Assembly (NCBI GenBank): GCA_963775685.1
Contig: CAVZJV010000011.1
Span: forward strand, 27,546-91,545
Direction of reading: 5' to 3'
Origin: Candidatus Bathyarchaeota archaeon
GTDB taxonomy: Archaea > Thermoproteota > Bathyarchaeia > Bathyarchaeales > Bathycorpusculaceae
Length of the DNA stretch: 64,000 bases
The translations under genes were made by a program, and so were the position numbers. Each line of letters opens with the position of its first letter. Position 1 is the first letter of the stretch. The notes under the pieces were generated by a model, which saw only the letters and a list, made by a program, of their open reading frames with translations, was not told where the DNA came from and ran no database searches. Shown here piece by piece: positions 10,519 to 21,253 of the stretch.

Positions 10519-10992
10519 TTATTGGGTGAATTTTTTTCCAAGTTCTTCTGCCCAAGCTTCAACTTTAGCCAAATCGGTGTTATCTACCATGGTTTTTCTG
10601 AAGTATCTTATGCGTCCGCCGAAAGCTTCTGTGCTTACCGGATTAATTTTTGGGTATTTGGTTAATGTTTTTTCTACAAATTTGGTTTTTGCGTTCTCGT
10701 AGCTTCCAGGGGTTCCCGCCCAGGAGGAGGAAACAAAGAAAGCTACCTTCTTACCTGTTAAATCGTTCTCCAAAAACTTTAACACTTTACCGTAAACTTT
10801 TCCTCCCCTCACACCACCGCCAATTATAATGTTTTGGTACACTGATAGGTCAGGGTGCTTCTGCTTTTTGATGTCAACCAAATCGACTTCGAATCGAAAC
10901 TTTGAGCGTAGGGTTTCCGCTATTTTCATAGCAGCCTCCTTAGTAGCTCCGCCTTTACTGAAATACGCGATAAGCGTCTTTCCTGTGCTCAT
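10519..10992 (-). CDS. flavodoxin-domain protein (HemG-like)
   Basis: LIAYFSKGGATKEAA, IIIGGGV, KKVAFFV, AFGGRI. Confidence 0.8.
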   Translation of the reverse strand: MSTGKTLIAYFSKGGATKEAAMKIAETLRSKFRFEVDLVDIKKQKHPDLSVYQNIIIGGGVRGGKVYGKVLKFLENDLTGKKVAFFVSSSWAGTPGSYENAKTKFVEKTLTKYPKINPVSTEAFGGRIRYFRKTMVDNTDLAKVEAWAEELGKKFTQ

Positions 10993-10996
10993 CTTT

Positions 10997-11362
10997 TCAG
11001 GTGCTTCCCGAAGGCTCTTTCGAGGACGTTACCTTTCCGCCGCAGTTGTGACAAAAAACCGCGCCAGAAACATTCTTTGTCCCGCAGATAGAACATATGA
11101 CTGTTCCTTGGGGGTTGGAGGTGGTTTTTTGTTGAACGTTTTCGCTGACTTTCTTAAATGCTGCTTGAGTTTCTTTGGCCGCTATTGTGAATGCTTTTTC
11201 AAGTTCAAGTCCCACTTGGTAGAAGGCATCCCTTAATTCATCAGAGGGGTACATCGCTTTTGCAGTTTTGCCTTTTTGGGTTTTCGTTCCACATTTGAAA
11301 CAGAAATATGCGTTGTCATCTATTTTTGTGCCGCAGTTAGAGCAGTAAACCATTTTTTTCAC
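10997..11362 (-). CDS. double zinc-ribbon protein
   Basis: CSNCG..FCFKCG at N-terminus and CSICG..FCHNCG at C-terminus. Confidence 0.8.
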   Translation of the reverse strand: MKKMVYCSNCGTKIDDNAYFCFKCGTKTQKGKTAKAMYPSDELRDAFYQVGLELEKAFTIAAKETQAAFKKVSENVQQKTTSNPQGTVICSICGTKNVSGAVFCHNCGGKVTSSKEPSGST

Positions 11363-11454
11363 TAGTAAGTATGCATGTGTGCTGTGAATTTAAGCCTTTA
11401 CAAAAAATGAAGTTGAAGAAAAAACAAAAGAAAATTAATCGAAGACTAAAAAAG

Positions 11455-12816
11455 CTAATCTACAAGTTTTGCCCTTGCGTTCTCAATCAACTTGACCGTT
11501 TGCATGCGCCATGACTCAAACCCTTCAGGTGTTGTTGGATAAGTGTTGTAATGCGCACTAAGGCCTCTCATCATTGTAACCGTCAAGCGCAATCTGTTGA
11601 GGAATCCGACTCGGCGAAGACCTCGAAAGACTCGTTTAGCGGTTTCGGTGATGTTTAGGTGGAAGTCGTCGCCCATTCCTGCTTTGAGCACGTCGTCTTC
11701 GGTCATGAGTTTCTCGTTCATGCCGTAGTTTAGGTCTTCGTCGCTACAGGATAAAAGGAACATTTTGAAGATGTCTAAAGTGCCCTGTTTTTTGCCGTAA
11801 GTGTCGATGTATTTCTTGTTGTAGCCCCAGAGTGCTTCTTTGGTGGGTTCACCTTCGCTTAGGGCTTCAATGATTTGTCGTCCTGCAAAGTAGCCGCTTA
11901 GCATTGAGGGTCCGATGCCGCCACCGTGAATCGGGTTAACCAACGAGGCAGCGTCCCCAACTAACATTACGCCATTTGAAACCATGTTGTCTAGGGGTCT
12001 GCGGACTGGATCAAACCATGAGCCGGCAGTTAAGATTAAGGAGTCGTCAAAGATTGGTTTCTTGAAGGCGGTGCTGTAGAGTTGCTGTTTGGGGTTGGGG
12101 AAGTTTCCACGCATGCAGATGCCTAAGCCCACGTTGACTCGGGCGCCGCCTTTGGGGAAAATCCATATGTAACCGCCCGGTGACGCTTTTTGGTTAAGAT
12201 AGATCTCACAGAAGCGGGTGTTTTCGGTTTCCTGTTTGAGTTGGCGGATTTCTCGGTAGCATGCTTCAACATCTTGGTTTGCTATGTCGCGATCTATGCC
12301 CAACTCGGCTGGTAACTGTTTACGTACCATGCCCAAATAGCCGCTGGCGTCAACCACAACCTTGCTGCGAATCTCAGAGACTTTGCCTGTCTTCATGTTC
12401 TTTGCATTGATTCCTACAACTGCATTTTTCTCAAGTATGGGTGAACGGAAGTTCATGTTATCCTGAAGGAAGGCGCCTTTGTCGGTGGCTTTTTTGAGGA
12501 GCCACTGCCCAAATAGGCGTCTATTAAGCAAGTAGCCAATGAAGTCTTTGTCGGCGATTGTGAAAACTGTGTTTTCGTCTGGGCTGTAGATTTTGATGCC
12601 ATCGATTTTGGCTTCTAACTCGCCACCTGTAGGCTTCTCAAGGTTCAAGAATTTTAAGTGGTGCTCTCCTAGGGCGTCGCCGCAGATTTTTTCTCCGATT
12701 TCTTCACGCTGCTTCTTTTCAATTAAGCATACTTTTAAGCCTTTTTCAGCGATAGTTTTTGCTGCAAGGCAGCCTGCTGTTCCTGCGCCAACAACTATGA
12801 CATCATATTTATCCAC
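11455..12816 (-). CDS. geranylgeranyl reductase family (digeranylgeranylglycerophospholipid reductase)
   Basis: GAGTAG FAD motif, ICGDA, PGGYIWIFP, VGDAA..NPIHGGGI. Confidence 0.9.
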   Translation of the reverse strand: MDKYDVIVVGAGTAGCLAAKTIAEKGLKVCLIEKKQREEIGEKICGDALGEHHLKFLNLEKPTGGELEAKIDGIKIYSPDENTVFTIADKDFIGYLLNRRLFGQWLLKKATDKGAFLQDNMNFRSPILEKNAVVGINAKNMKTGKVSEIRSKVVVDASGYLGMVRKQLPAELGIDRDIANQDVEACYREIRQLKQETENTRFCEIYLNQKASPGGYIWIFPKGGARVNVGLGICMRGNFPNPKQQLYSTAFKKPIFDDSLILTAGSWFDPVRRPLDNMVSNGVMLVGDAASLVNPIHGGGIGPSMLSGYFAGRQIIEALSEGEPTKEALWGYNKKYIDTYGKKQGTLDIFKMFLLSCSDEDLNYGMNEKLMTEDDVLKAGMGDDFHLNITETAKRVFRGLRRVGFLNRLRLTVTMMRGLSAHYNTYPTTPEGFESWRMQTVKLIENARAKLVD

Positions 12817-12915
12817 GAGTATACGTCCTCAAGATTACTTTACTTTGTATACTTTGTTGTATATGTAAAGCTTAATAAATGGTGAAGTGAGCAAAACCAC
12901 ACCGAGTGTAATCCC

Positions 12916-13344
12916 ATGAGTGCTCCCTTAACATTGAGCGCAGAATTCCGCAAAATCGTTGAAGCCCGAATGAACCAGGTTCTTCGCGGCATAGAAGAAA
13001 CCTTTAACGCAATCATTGAGAAACAGAAAATCACTCCAACCGAGCTCAAAAACGAATTGGAGAGCCTTCAGGAGAGCTTCAACCTGCTTTTCCAGAAATG
13101 GAGCCTAGAAATTCTCTACACACTTATGCTTAAAGACACTATAGGCTTTGGAGGTATAAGAAAAATCTTAGGTGTTAACTCACGAACCCTCTCGGACAAA
13201 CTCAAAATGCTTCAAACACACGGTTACGCAAACCGAAAAGTCACTAATGGGCCACCATTAAGAGTGGAGTATTCGTTGACTTCTAAGGGAAAAAACACCG
13301 TGCTGTTGGCTTTGCCGCTACTATACTATTCAAGTTCAGCCTAA
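12916..13344 (+). CDS. HxlR-family winged-helix regulator
   Basis: KWSLEIL, NSRTLSDKLK, PPLRVEYSLTSKG. Confidence 0.85.
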   Translation: MSAPLTLSAEFRKIVEARMNQVLRGIEETFNAIIEKQKITPTELKNELESLQESFNLLFQKWSLEILYTLMLKDTIGFGGIRKILGVNSRTLSDKLKMLQTHGYANRKVTNGPPLRVEYSLTSKGKNTVLLALPLLYYSSSA

Positions 13345-13854
13345 TTATGGTTTTAGCACGTTTTTTCTAAACGTTTGCGGAAGACTCGTTGATTCTTTCA
13401 CAGTTTCAAAAACCATGCAGGTCAGAGTCTTATCTAAACCTTTAATCAGCCTCAACTTATCCACCACAAACTTGCCGACAGCGTCTACGTTTTCTGCACG
13501 CAACTTCACGAGTAAGTCCCAATCACCTGTGATTATATGGACTTCCTGCACTTCTGGGAAGCGGGCGATTTCTTCGGCAACTTGACGTTGGGAGACTGGG
13601 GGGTCGTCTTCGTTTTTCGCTCTGTAGGAGACAGCTGCTAGGATGAAGGCGGCGGTGCTAAGGTTGAGTTTTTCTGCTGAGAGGATGGCTCGGTATTGTT
13701 TTATTATTCCCATTTCTTCCATGCGTTTAGTTTTGGCGAAGACTGTTGTAATTGGGGTATTGATCTTTTTGGCGATTTGGTTAGCGGTAAGTTTGCTGTT
13801 TTCTTGGATAAGAGTTAGTATAGCGAGGTCTTTCTCGTCCAGTTTGATGCTCAT
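13345..13854 (-). CDS. Lrp/AsnC-family regulator
   Basis: LDEKDLAILTLIQEN HTH; PEVQEVHIITGDWDLLVK RAM domain. Confidence 0.92.
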   Translation of the reverse strand: MSIKLDEKDLAILTLIQENSKLTANQIAKKINTPITTVFAKTKRMEEMGIIKQYRAILSAEKLNLSTAAFILAAVSYRAKNEDDPPVSQRQVAEEIARFPEVQEVHIITGDWDLLVKLRAENVDAVGKFVVDKLRLIKGLDKTLTCMVFETVKESTSLPQTFRKNVLKP

Positions 13855-13939
13855 ATGTAAATATTGCAGGTTTCAGGTATAAAAGCTTGTATTAATTGTA
13901 AATTATCTATATTTTGTTATAAAAAATTTATTACCTGCC

Positions 13940-14944
13940 ATGCGCAGTGTACACAAAAACAAACTCACAGTGATTAAATTGCTAAAACAAGAAACAATAG
14001 AAATCCCAAAGCCGTTAGACCAGCTAACGGAAAAAGAAATAGAAAGAAAAGCCTGCATAGGCAAAGTTATGACTTACACACTCAAAAGCCTTTCAAACAC
14101 TTTTGTAAACAAAGGTTTCCAATGGCTTCTACCCGTGGCACTTAGCCAAAGCACTGACCCACTCTGGCCAGACCCAGGCGCATCCATAGAAAAACGCATC
14201 GAAGTCGACATCTACGGTAAGCCTGTCCGGACCACAGCCAGCATGATTATCCACAAACTCGTCGCCGCCTCAACTGCCTATCCCAAACTGTTTATCCTTT
14301 CACCCAATATACGTATCGAAAAAGCTGAACGCGCAAAAACTGGCAAGCACATATATGAGTTCACCCAACTAGACTTTGAAGCCAGAGATGCGTCCTCAAA
14401 AGAAATTTTCGCCTTGGTTGAAGAAGCCATGAACACCCTAGTCAAGGACTTGAAGCGTGAAATGAAAAGCGAATTAACTGCTCTATGTCGCTGCGACACC
14501 CTCAAAGCGCCAAAAGCACCATTCAAAATTTACGACCGCGTAGAATTAGAAGCTAAATATGGTGGAGACTGGGAAATAGGCATATCAAACGAAATAACTG
14601 AGCCAGTTTGGGTAACAAACATTCCCAGAGAATTCTATGACTTTGAAGACTTCAAGACGGGCAGATGGGACAACTACGATCTGTTCCTGCCGCAATTTGG
14701 AGAGGTCCTCTCAGGCGCCAAACGCGAATATGAATACAAAAAAATCCTGAGCAAGATTGAGCGCGACCAAGTTAAGAAAGAAAACTACACACTCGTACTC
14801 AAAATGGCAAAAGAAGGCAGACTAAAACCCACCGCAGGCGGAGGCATAGGTATGGAACGTTTAGTCGGCTGGCTTGCAGGCGTCAAACATATCGGCGAAT
14901 GTCAACCGTTCCCACGTGTTCCCGGAACAGTAAACGAGCTCTAA
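13940..14944 (+). CDS. asnA: archaeal-type asparagine synthetase A (AspRS/AsnRS catalytic-domain paralogue)
   Basis: TDPLWPDP, SMIIHK, SPNIRIE, HIYEFTQLDFE, EVLSG, GGGIGMERL, PFPRVPG; no anticodon-binding domain; start may be 13970 or 13979. Confidence 0.88.
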   Translation: MRSVHKNKLTVIKLLKQETIEIPKPLDQLTEKEIERKACIGKVMTYTLKSLSNTFVNKGFQWLLPVALSQSTDPLWPDPGASIEKRIEVDIYGKPVRTTASMIIHKLVAASTAYPKLFILSPNIRIEKAERAKTGKHIYEFTQLDFEARDASSKEIFALVEEAMNTLVKDLKREMKSELTALCRCDTLKAPKAPFKIYDRVELEAKYGGDWEIGISNEITEPVWVTNIPREFYDFEDFKTGRWDNYDLFLPQFGEVLSGAKREYEYKKILSKIERDQVKKENYTLVLKMAKEGRLKPTAGGGIGMERLVGWLAGVKHIGECQPFPRVPGTVNEL

Positions 14945-14957
14945 GGAAAACAACCCT

Positions 14958-16853
14958 ATGAATCCATACCTTGAAGCACTACAATCCAAACTGAGTTTAG
15001 CAGACTTCCAGAAGTTAAGCGCCATCGACAACCCAAACGTACACGAATTCATCGCTAAAGAAAGCGACCTTTGTCACCCCGAAAAAATTTTCATATGCAG
15101 CGACTCCGCAGAAGACATTGCTTACGTGAGGAAACAAGCAATCGCATCAGGTGAAGAAGAAGCCATACTAACAATACCTGGGCACACCGTTCACTTTGAC
15201 GGCGAACAAGATCAAGGACGCGACCGCCAAGCAACCAAATATCTTGTACCCAAAGGTCTGGGCTTAAGCAAAGCCCTAAACCAGATAGACCGACAAGAAG
15301 GTCTGTCAGAAGTTCGCGGCTTTCTGCGGGACTCCATGGTGGCCAAAACCATGATTGTCCGATTCATCGCCCTTGGACCCGCAGATTCTATATTCACCAT
15401 TTTAGGTTTACAAGCCACCGACTCATGGTACGTGGCCCACTCTGAATCACTTCTTTATCGACCAGGCTACGAACAATTTGTTAAGGCAGGACCAAAAAGT
15501 GACTTTCTCCGGGTTTTGCACTCTGCAGGAAAACTTAGCGGCGACATGGTGAGTGTAGATTTCGCTAAAAAACGCATCTACATCGATCATATGGATAACA
15601 CCATCTACAGTGTTAACACCCAATACGCCGGCAACTCGGTAGGCTTCAAAAAACTTGCCTTCCGACTTGCAATCCGCAAAGCAAGCAGCGAAGGTTGGCT
15701 AGCCGAACACATGCTGCTCATGGGTGTGTTTGGTCCAGGTGGACGCAAAACCTATTTTGCAGGTGCATTCCCTAGTGCATGCGGCAAAACCTCAACCGCT
15801 ATGCTGCCTGGCGAAACCATTCTTGGCGACGACATCGCTTACATCCGAGAAATTGACTCCGCAGCCCGCGCAGTAAACGTTGAGTCAGGCATCTTCGGCA
15901 TCATACAAGACGTAAACCCCAAAGACGACGCCTTAATCTGGAAAGTGCTAACTAATCCAGGCGAAATCGTGTTCTCTAACATTCTTGTGAAAGACGGCAA
16001 ACCTTACTGGCTAGGCATGGGACAGGAACTTCCAAAAGATGGTTGCAACTACACTGGAACATGGTATGAAGGCAAAAAAGACGAAAACGGCAATGACATT
16101 CCTGTAGCAAACAAGAACGCCCGTTATGCAGTGGCTCTAAAAGCATTGGAGAACGTTGACCCTGAACTTGAGAATCCTAACGGTATAGAACTCGGCGGCA
16201 TAATGTATGGTGGACGAGACGTCAAAGCTTACGTGCCTGTTCAGCAAAGCTTCAGCTGGGACCACGGTATAGTTGCTTATGGTGCATCTTTGGAAACAGA
16301 AACCACTTTTGCAACCATCGGCAAAGAAGGTGTTCCCGAAATTAACATGATGAGCATCCAAGACTTCATCTCCATCCCAATGGGCAAAAACGTCCACAAT
16401 AACTTGGACTTCGGACGAAAACTCAAACGTCAACCCATAGTTTTTGGCGTTAACTACTTCCTTAAAGAAGTCGGTAACGGCAAATACCTTAACAGTCCAC
16501 AGGACAAGCATGTTTGGATAAAATGGATGGAACTACGAGTCCACAACGAAATCGGTGCCCTAAAAACACCAACAGGGTACATTCCAAAATACGAAGACCT
16601 CCGCAAACTCTTCAAGCAAGTGCTCTGCAAAAACTACGTTAAAGAAGACTATATCAAACAATTCACAATACGTGTACCAGAAAACCTAGCAAAAATCGAA
16701 AGAGTTCATCGGTTCTACCAAGAAAATGTCACGGATACCCCGCTGGAAATGTTTGGTTTACTCTATCTACAGCGCCAACGCCTAATCGATGCCAAGACAA
16801 AGTATGGCGAATATATTTCGCCTGAAAACTTTGAAAAAGAAGCAGAGGCATAA
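14958..16853 (+). CDS. pckG: GTP-dependent phosphoenolpyruvate carboxykinase
   Basis: WLAEHMLL, AFPSACGKTSTAM, GDDIA, NARY. Confidence 0.95.
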   Translation: MNPYLEALQSKLSLADFQKLSAIDNPNVHEFIAKESDLCHPEKIFICSDSAEDIAYVRKQAIASGEEEAILTIPGHTVHFDGEQDQGRDRQATKYLVPKGLGLSKALNQIDRQEGLSEVRGFLRDSMVAKTMIVRFIALGPADSIFTILGLQATDSWYVAHSESLLYRPGYEQFVKAGPKSDFLRVLHSAGKLSGDMVSVDFAKKRIYIDHMDNTIYSVNTQYAGNSVGFKKLAFRLAIRKASSEGWLAEHMLLMGVFGPGGRKTYFAGAFPSACGKTSTAMLPGETILGDDIAYIREIDSAARAVNVESGIFGIIQDVNPKDDALIWKVLTNPGEIVFSNILVKDGKPYWLGMGQELPKDGCNYTGTWYEGKKDENGNDIPVANKNARYAVALKALENVDPELENPNGIELGGIMYGGRDVKAYVPVQQSFSWDHGIVAYGASLETETTFATIGKEGVPEINMMSIQDFISIPMGKNVHNNLDFGRKLKRQPIVFGVNYFLKEVGNGKYLNSPQDKHVWIKWMELRVHNEIGALKTPTGYIPKYEDLRKLFKQVLCKNYVKEDYIKQFTIRVPENLAKIERVHRFYQENVTDTPLEMFGLLYLQRQRLIDAKTKYGEYISPENFEKEAEA

Positions 16854-16997
16854 AACAAAAAGCGATGAATCCACCCATATTTTTCCTTTTTTTGCGTCAA
16901 CCTTTTAAATGGATTCCACATACTGAATAGAAATTCATAATCGTTAATTAATAAAAACGGTCAATGAAAAATAAAGAAAAAAACTGAGTGAAGGTAT

Positions 16998-17246
16998 ATG
17001 ATGATGAAAAAGCTGGACAAAAAAGGTTTGACGTACACGATAAACATGGCAACACTCGAAGGCGACGGCTCATTCCAATGTCCCAAATGCGGAAAGTCCA
17101 TTTCGCCCGACGATAACTCAGAAGACAACTATGAAATCTTGGATACTAAATGCGTCAACGACGAGCTTGCCGAGTTAGTCATCAGTTGCGCCAAATGCAA
17201 AAGTACCATAAAACTTACTGGCTTTCAAGAAGGCTTACACGATTAG
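16998..17246 (+). CDS. small zinc-binding hypothetical protein
   Basis: CPKC and CAKC pairs. Confidence 0.7.
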   Translation: MMMKKLDKKGLTYTINMATLEGDGSFQCPKCGKSISPDDNSEDNYEILDTKCVNDELAELVISCAKCKSTIKLTGFQEGLHD

Positions 17247-17373
17247 AGTTTAAGTTTTAACTAAACTTAAGTTTATAAGTAAATTTTGTTATATAGCTGA
17301 AAGTTGTAATTATCAATTCTTGAGAAAGGCAAATACTTTATTTCAACTTCAGCATATTTTATCATCGATTAGA

Positions 17374-17994
17374 ATGCTTGTTGAAACGTTTACCGTTGGC
17401 ATGTTATCAACCAACTGTTATGTGGCGAGTTGCCCCAATACAAAAGAGGCGATAGTTATTGACCCGGGACTGGACTATTCTTCCGAGGCTCAGCCAATCT
17501 ATGAATACATAGAGGAAGCCAAGTTAAAAGTCAAATTTATCGTCAACACACATGGACACCCAGACCACGTCAAAGGTGACACTGCCTTCCAAGAAAAATA
17601 CAATGTTCCAATATGCATTCACTCACTTGATGCCCATTTCATTGAAAGCCTTGAAAATGCCAAGACTTTAACAATCATCTTAGATGAAGGCAGTCTGCTC
17701 CAGTGTGGTAACGAGACACTCAAAGTAATGAATACTCCCGGACACACCCCAGGCAGCATATGCCTTCTTGGAAAACAACTCGTTTTCACAGGCGACACGT
17801 TGTTTGCTGGTGGAATCGGCAGAACCGATTTCCCAGGCGGCTCAATGAGCGACATGGGGAGATCTTTGCAAAAACTAACTATTTTGCCTGACTACCTTTT
17901 GGTGTATCCTGGGCATGGTGAAACTACAATGATTGGGGAAGAAAAAAGAACCAACCCTTTTTTGAACAATAGACGTGAGAATATACTTTTCTAA
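17374..17994 (+). CDS. MBL-fold metallohydrolase (glyoxalase II-like)
   Basis: THGHPDH, TPGHTPG, FTGDTLF, YPGHG. Confidence 0.92.
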   Translation: MLVETFTVGMLSTNCYVASCPNTKEAIVIDPGLDYSSEAQPIYEYIEEAKLKVKFIVNTHGHPDHVKGDTAFQEKYNVPICIHSLDAHFIESLENAKTLTIILDEGSLLQCGNETLKVMNTPGHTPGSICLLGKQLVFTGDTLFAGGIGRTDFPGGSMSDMGRSLQKLTILPDYLLVYPGHGETTMIGEEKRTNPFLNNRRENILF

Positions 17995-18986
17995 TTAAGC
18001 GTTTGGCGGTTTTGGCTTAGTTCCTGCAGAGCTCGCAACCTTTTGATTATGTTAGGATGGGTTGAGAAGATTTCGGCGAAATTGTCCGCGGATGTTGGCT
18101 GTTTTGTAAGTGCTTCTCTTAACAAGTCTTGCTTGTTTGTAATACGGTTAGCTTTTAATTCCGCTGCGTCTGCAGTTGCCCGTTCAGGATCAGCTATGAA
18201 GAGGGCTTTGTAGGAGCTGTTGCTTTTCTGTTTGTCTTTTTGTTGTTTAGTTGGATTTTTGCTTTCTTGTACGATTGTAACTAGACTCGTGGAGAGTTTT
18301 TGTGCACCATTTTCAACGATTTGGGCGCTGTGTCTGTCAGCATAGAATTCACGTAGACGGCTTAGGTACAGCGTGAATAATGTCAGCACCCATGAGAAAG
18401 CCATGAAGGCAATACCGAATAATGCATTGTTTCCGTCGCCTCCATTTTTGCGTTCTCCGCCGCCGAACATTCCTGATAGCATCAGTGAGTAGCCAATGTA
18501 GTAGAACAGTGCCGGCAAAAACGAAACCACCATCATGACCTGTACGTCACGATGTTTGAGGTGGCCAAGTTCGTGTCCTAAGACGGCTTCAACTTCTCCG
18601 TCATCAAGATTGTTTAAAAGCCCTTGAGTTACCGCCACCCGGCTTCCTGTTAAAGGTGAACCATAGGCGAATGCATTGGGCAGTGGAATTTGGGATAACA
18701 TGAGTTTTGGCGAAGATATTCCGCTTTTCCGGCTTAAATCTAAGACCATCTGGTGCACTTGAAGGTTTTCATTTTGAGGCATTTCTTTAACTTTGTAGAT
18801 CCATCCTACAAGGTAAGGTGACATTAACCATTGAGCTATGTTGAGAACTACCACAAATATTCCAATGGCATACAAGCTTAATCCTATTCCAGCCCAAGTT
18901 AAAAGAACTGCAAATACAAGTGTAGTTAAACCAAATATTACGGCCAAGGTTGCAGCCATAGAAACTTGAAGTTTCCAAGCGTTCAT
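17991..18986 (-). CDS. htpX: zinc metalloprotease HtpX (M48)
   Basis: PNAFAYG, HELGH, SRLREFYAD, FSTHP. Confidence 0.93.
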   Translation of the reverse strand: MNAWKLQVSMAATLAVIFGLTTLVFAVLLTWAGIGLSLYAIGIFVVVLNIAQWLMSPYLVGWIYKVKEMPQNENLQVHQMVLDLSRKSGISSPKLMLSQIPLPNAFAYGSPLTGSRVAVTQGLLNNLDDGEVEAVLGHELGHLKHRDVQVMMVVSFLPALFYYIGYSLMLSGMFGGGERKNGGDGNNALFGIAFMAFSWVLTLFTLYLSRLREFYADRHSAQIVENGAQKLSTSLVTIVQESKNPTKQQKDKQKSNSSYKALFIADPERATADAAELKANRITNKQDLLREALTKQPTSADNFAEIFSTHPNIIKRLRALQELSQNRQTLN

Positions 18987-19084
18987 TTTTCTTCACGGTC
19001 TGATTCTTCCTTGTTTCTTTCTAGGCGCTTATAACTTTTGTGCGATAAACCATGATAATCATCCTTACAGGACGGCACCAAAAA

Positions 19085-19846
19085 TCATTCTGCAACGGCC
19101 ACAAAGATAAGTCGCGCAGAGTTCGCGCTGAAGCTTTCCATTTCATAACCACCAAAAATCCGATTAACCCCAAAACTAGCGTTCTCTAGCAAACGCTTCA
19201 GTTCACACATCCCATACAAGCGAACTTTGTGCTCAAAAAACCTAACTTGTCCATCTTCCTTGTCGCGCATAATCCAAGAGTCACAAAGCCAATCATCAAT
19301 ATCGCTTATTGCTCGTTTTTGTTGAAAGAAAAAACTCGGATATTCTATCCACTTAGAGGAATTGTTTTTGTCTCTATTTTTGAGGGCTACTTCTTTTCGG
19401 TTAAAAACATCGATAACAAAAAAGCCCTCCTGAAACAACACTCTTCGCACTTCCCTCAAGCTAACCCTATCATCAACTGTTGAAGGCAGGTACCCAAAGC
19501 TTGTGTCCATGCTTATTGCAGCCACGAAAGTGCCCGTTTTGAAGGGCAAAAAACGCATATCACCCAAAACTGCCTCAACGCCCTTCGAACATTGCTTTGC
19601 AATTCTGAGAAGTTTTCGCGATGCATCCAATCCCACCATCCTATATCCATCAGCGTTTAGGGCAATCGAATGCCTTCCCGTTCCACAAGCAAGGTCTAAA
19701 ATGTATCCTTTAGGCTTGAGGCAAGTTTTCAAGAATTGAATTTGCATTTCTGTTTTGTTCCTATCCGCTATCTCCGCCCAGTAAATGCCCATTTCATCGA
19801 AAACGTTTGCCGTTAGTTTCGCCTCGGTTTTTCTCAGCCAAATCAA
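19085..19846 (-). CDS. class I SAM-dependent methyltransferase
   Basis: ILDLACGTGRH, GDMRFLPF, TSFGY. Confidence 0.88.
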   Translation of the reverse strand: MIWLRKTEAKLTANVFDEMGIYWAEIADRNKTEMQIQFLKTCLKPKGYILDLACGTGRHSIALNADGYRMVGLDASRKLLRIAKQCSKGVEAVLGDMRFLPFKTGTFVAAISMDTSFGYLPSTVDDRVSLREVRRVLFQEGFFVIDVFNRKEVALKNRDKNNSSKWIEYPSFFFQQKRAISDIDDWLCDSWIMRDKEDGQVRFFEHKVRLYGMCELKRLLENASFGVNRIFGGYEMESFSANSARLIFVAVAE

Positions 19847-19933
19847 TTAAGCATTGGTGCGACAAAGATTTAGTGGTTTGGTTTTCGAGCCGCTTAAATA
19901 TCCAACCTCGCATTTTCTAATCTGGAGACCCTT

Positions 19934-20629
19934 GTGTTGATTGAGAAGCAGGAGTGGCAGCACCTCTACATGCTCCTAAAAATCGCCGAGATGGGTGCAT
20001 ACAGGCGAGTTGCTAAAATTTCAACTGAATACCTAGCTAAGAAACTCGGCATTTCTCAACAGACCGCGTCCCGCTACCTAATCGAGCTTGAGCGCAAGGG
20101 TTGGATACAACGCAACATTACTCCAGATGGTAGCTTAATCAAAATCGAAGAACAAGGTACGAAAGAACTACAGAAATTATACTCGGAACTAAAGTTTTTG
20201 ATGGAAAAATCTTATCCACCATCTGTGACTTTAGAAGGAATCGTCTTTACAGGCTTAGGCGAGGGAGCCTACTATGTTACAAAGGAGCATTATTGCCAGC
20301 AGATTGTTGAAAAGTTAGGTTTTGAACCCTTTCCAGGCACACTTAATCTGAAATTGTCCTCAGACTACGACATCAAAACCAGAATGGAACTGGACGCTTA
20401 TCCCACAGTCGAAATTAAGGGATTTAAGAATGAGGACCGCACCTTTGGATTAGTGAAATGTTACCCTGCAATCATCGGCGGCACCGTTAAGGGCGCCTTG
20501 ATAACAGCGTTGCGTAGTCACTACGATGCTTCGGTTCTGGAGATAATTGCGCCCATCTGCCTTAGGCAAGCACTCTGTCTGAAAGACAGCAACAAAGTAA
20601 AAGTTGAAGTATATACGCTACCCAGCTAA
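19934..20629 (+). CDS. ribK: CTP-dependent riboflavin kinase with N-terminal HTH (RbkR type)
   Basis: SQQTASR HTH; GLGEGAYY, PFPGTLNL, LEIIAP. Confidence 0.92.
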   Translation: MLIEKQEWQHLYMLLKIAEMGAYRRVAKISTEYLAKKLGISQQTASRYLIELERKGWIQRNITPDGSLIKIEEQGTKELQKLYSELKFLMEKSYPPSVTLEGIVFTGLGEGAYYVTKEHYCQQIVEKLGFEPFPGTLNLKLSSDYDIKTRMELDAYPTVEIKGFKNEDRTFGLVKCYPAIIGGTVKGALITALRSHYDASVLEIIAPICLRQALCLKDSNKVKVEVYTLPS

Positions 20630-21240
20630 AACGGCAAATTCGAATTCCTATACTTAAATTCAGTTTTCTTATAGGTAGGCTTGCGTCTTGAAGCTATTAA
20701 GTAACCGGCGACTAAACCGAAGACCAGTCCGCCAAGGTGCGCTAGTATGTTTACCCCTGGCTCAACGTTAATAAAGAACAAGAAGAACGCGAAAACCAGT
20801 CCGCCCAGAATCGATTGTCTCACAGAACGTCGGTCGTATATCACGCATGCTCCAAAAAGTGCGAAGATTGCGCCTGAAGCTCCAATGCCAGCTACATTGA
20901 GTGGTCCAAACTCTAAGTAAAGGAGGTTGCCTGCTAAGCCTCCGCAAAGGTAGATTCCGAGGAATTCTGGCAAGGAAAACATTTCTTCTCCCCTCAACCC
21001 AAAGATAAGCAAGAAGAGCATGTTGCCAACAAGATGGAATATTGAGGCATGGATGAACATGGATGTAATTAGTTGGTAATACGCTCCTACGTAAAGCACT
21101 AAACCATTAACTTGACCCCACACTCCATAGATGGCGGGGCTTGTTTGAATTGCATCTCCTCCGACTATAGCCCCTGCAATGTAGATAGCTACGTTTAAGG
21201 CGATTAGAATATACGTTGGCTTGTATTTCTCGCAACTCAT
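20626..21240 (-). CDS. rhomboid intramembrane serine protease
   Basis: TSMFIH, HLVGNM, GASG, AHLGG. Confidence 0.92.
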   Translation of the reverse strand: MSCEKYKPTYILIALNVAIYIAGAIVGGDAIQTSPAIYGVWGQVNGLVLYVGAYYQLITSMFIHASIFHLVGNMLFLLIFGLRGEEMFSLPEFLGIYLCGGLAGNLLYLEFGPLNVAGIGASGAIFALFGACVIYDRRSVRQSILGGLVFAFFLFFINVEPGVNILAHLGGLVFGLVAGYLIASRRKPTYKKTEFKYRNSNLPF

Positions 21241-21253
21241 AAGTTTGCAACCG

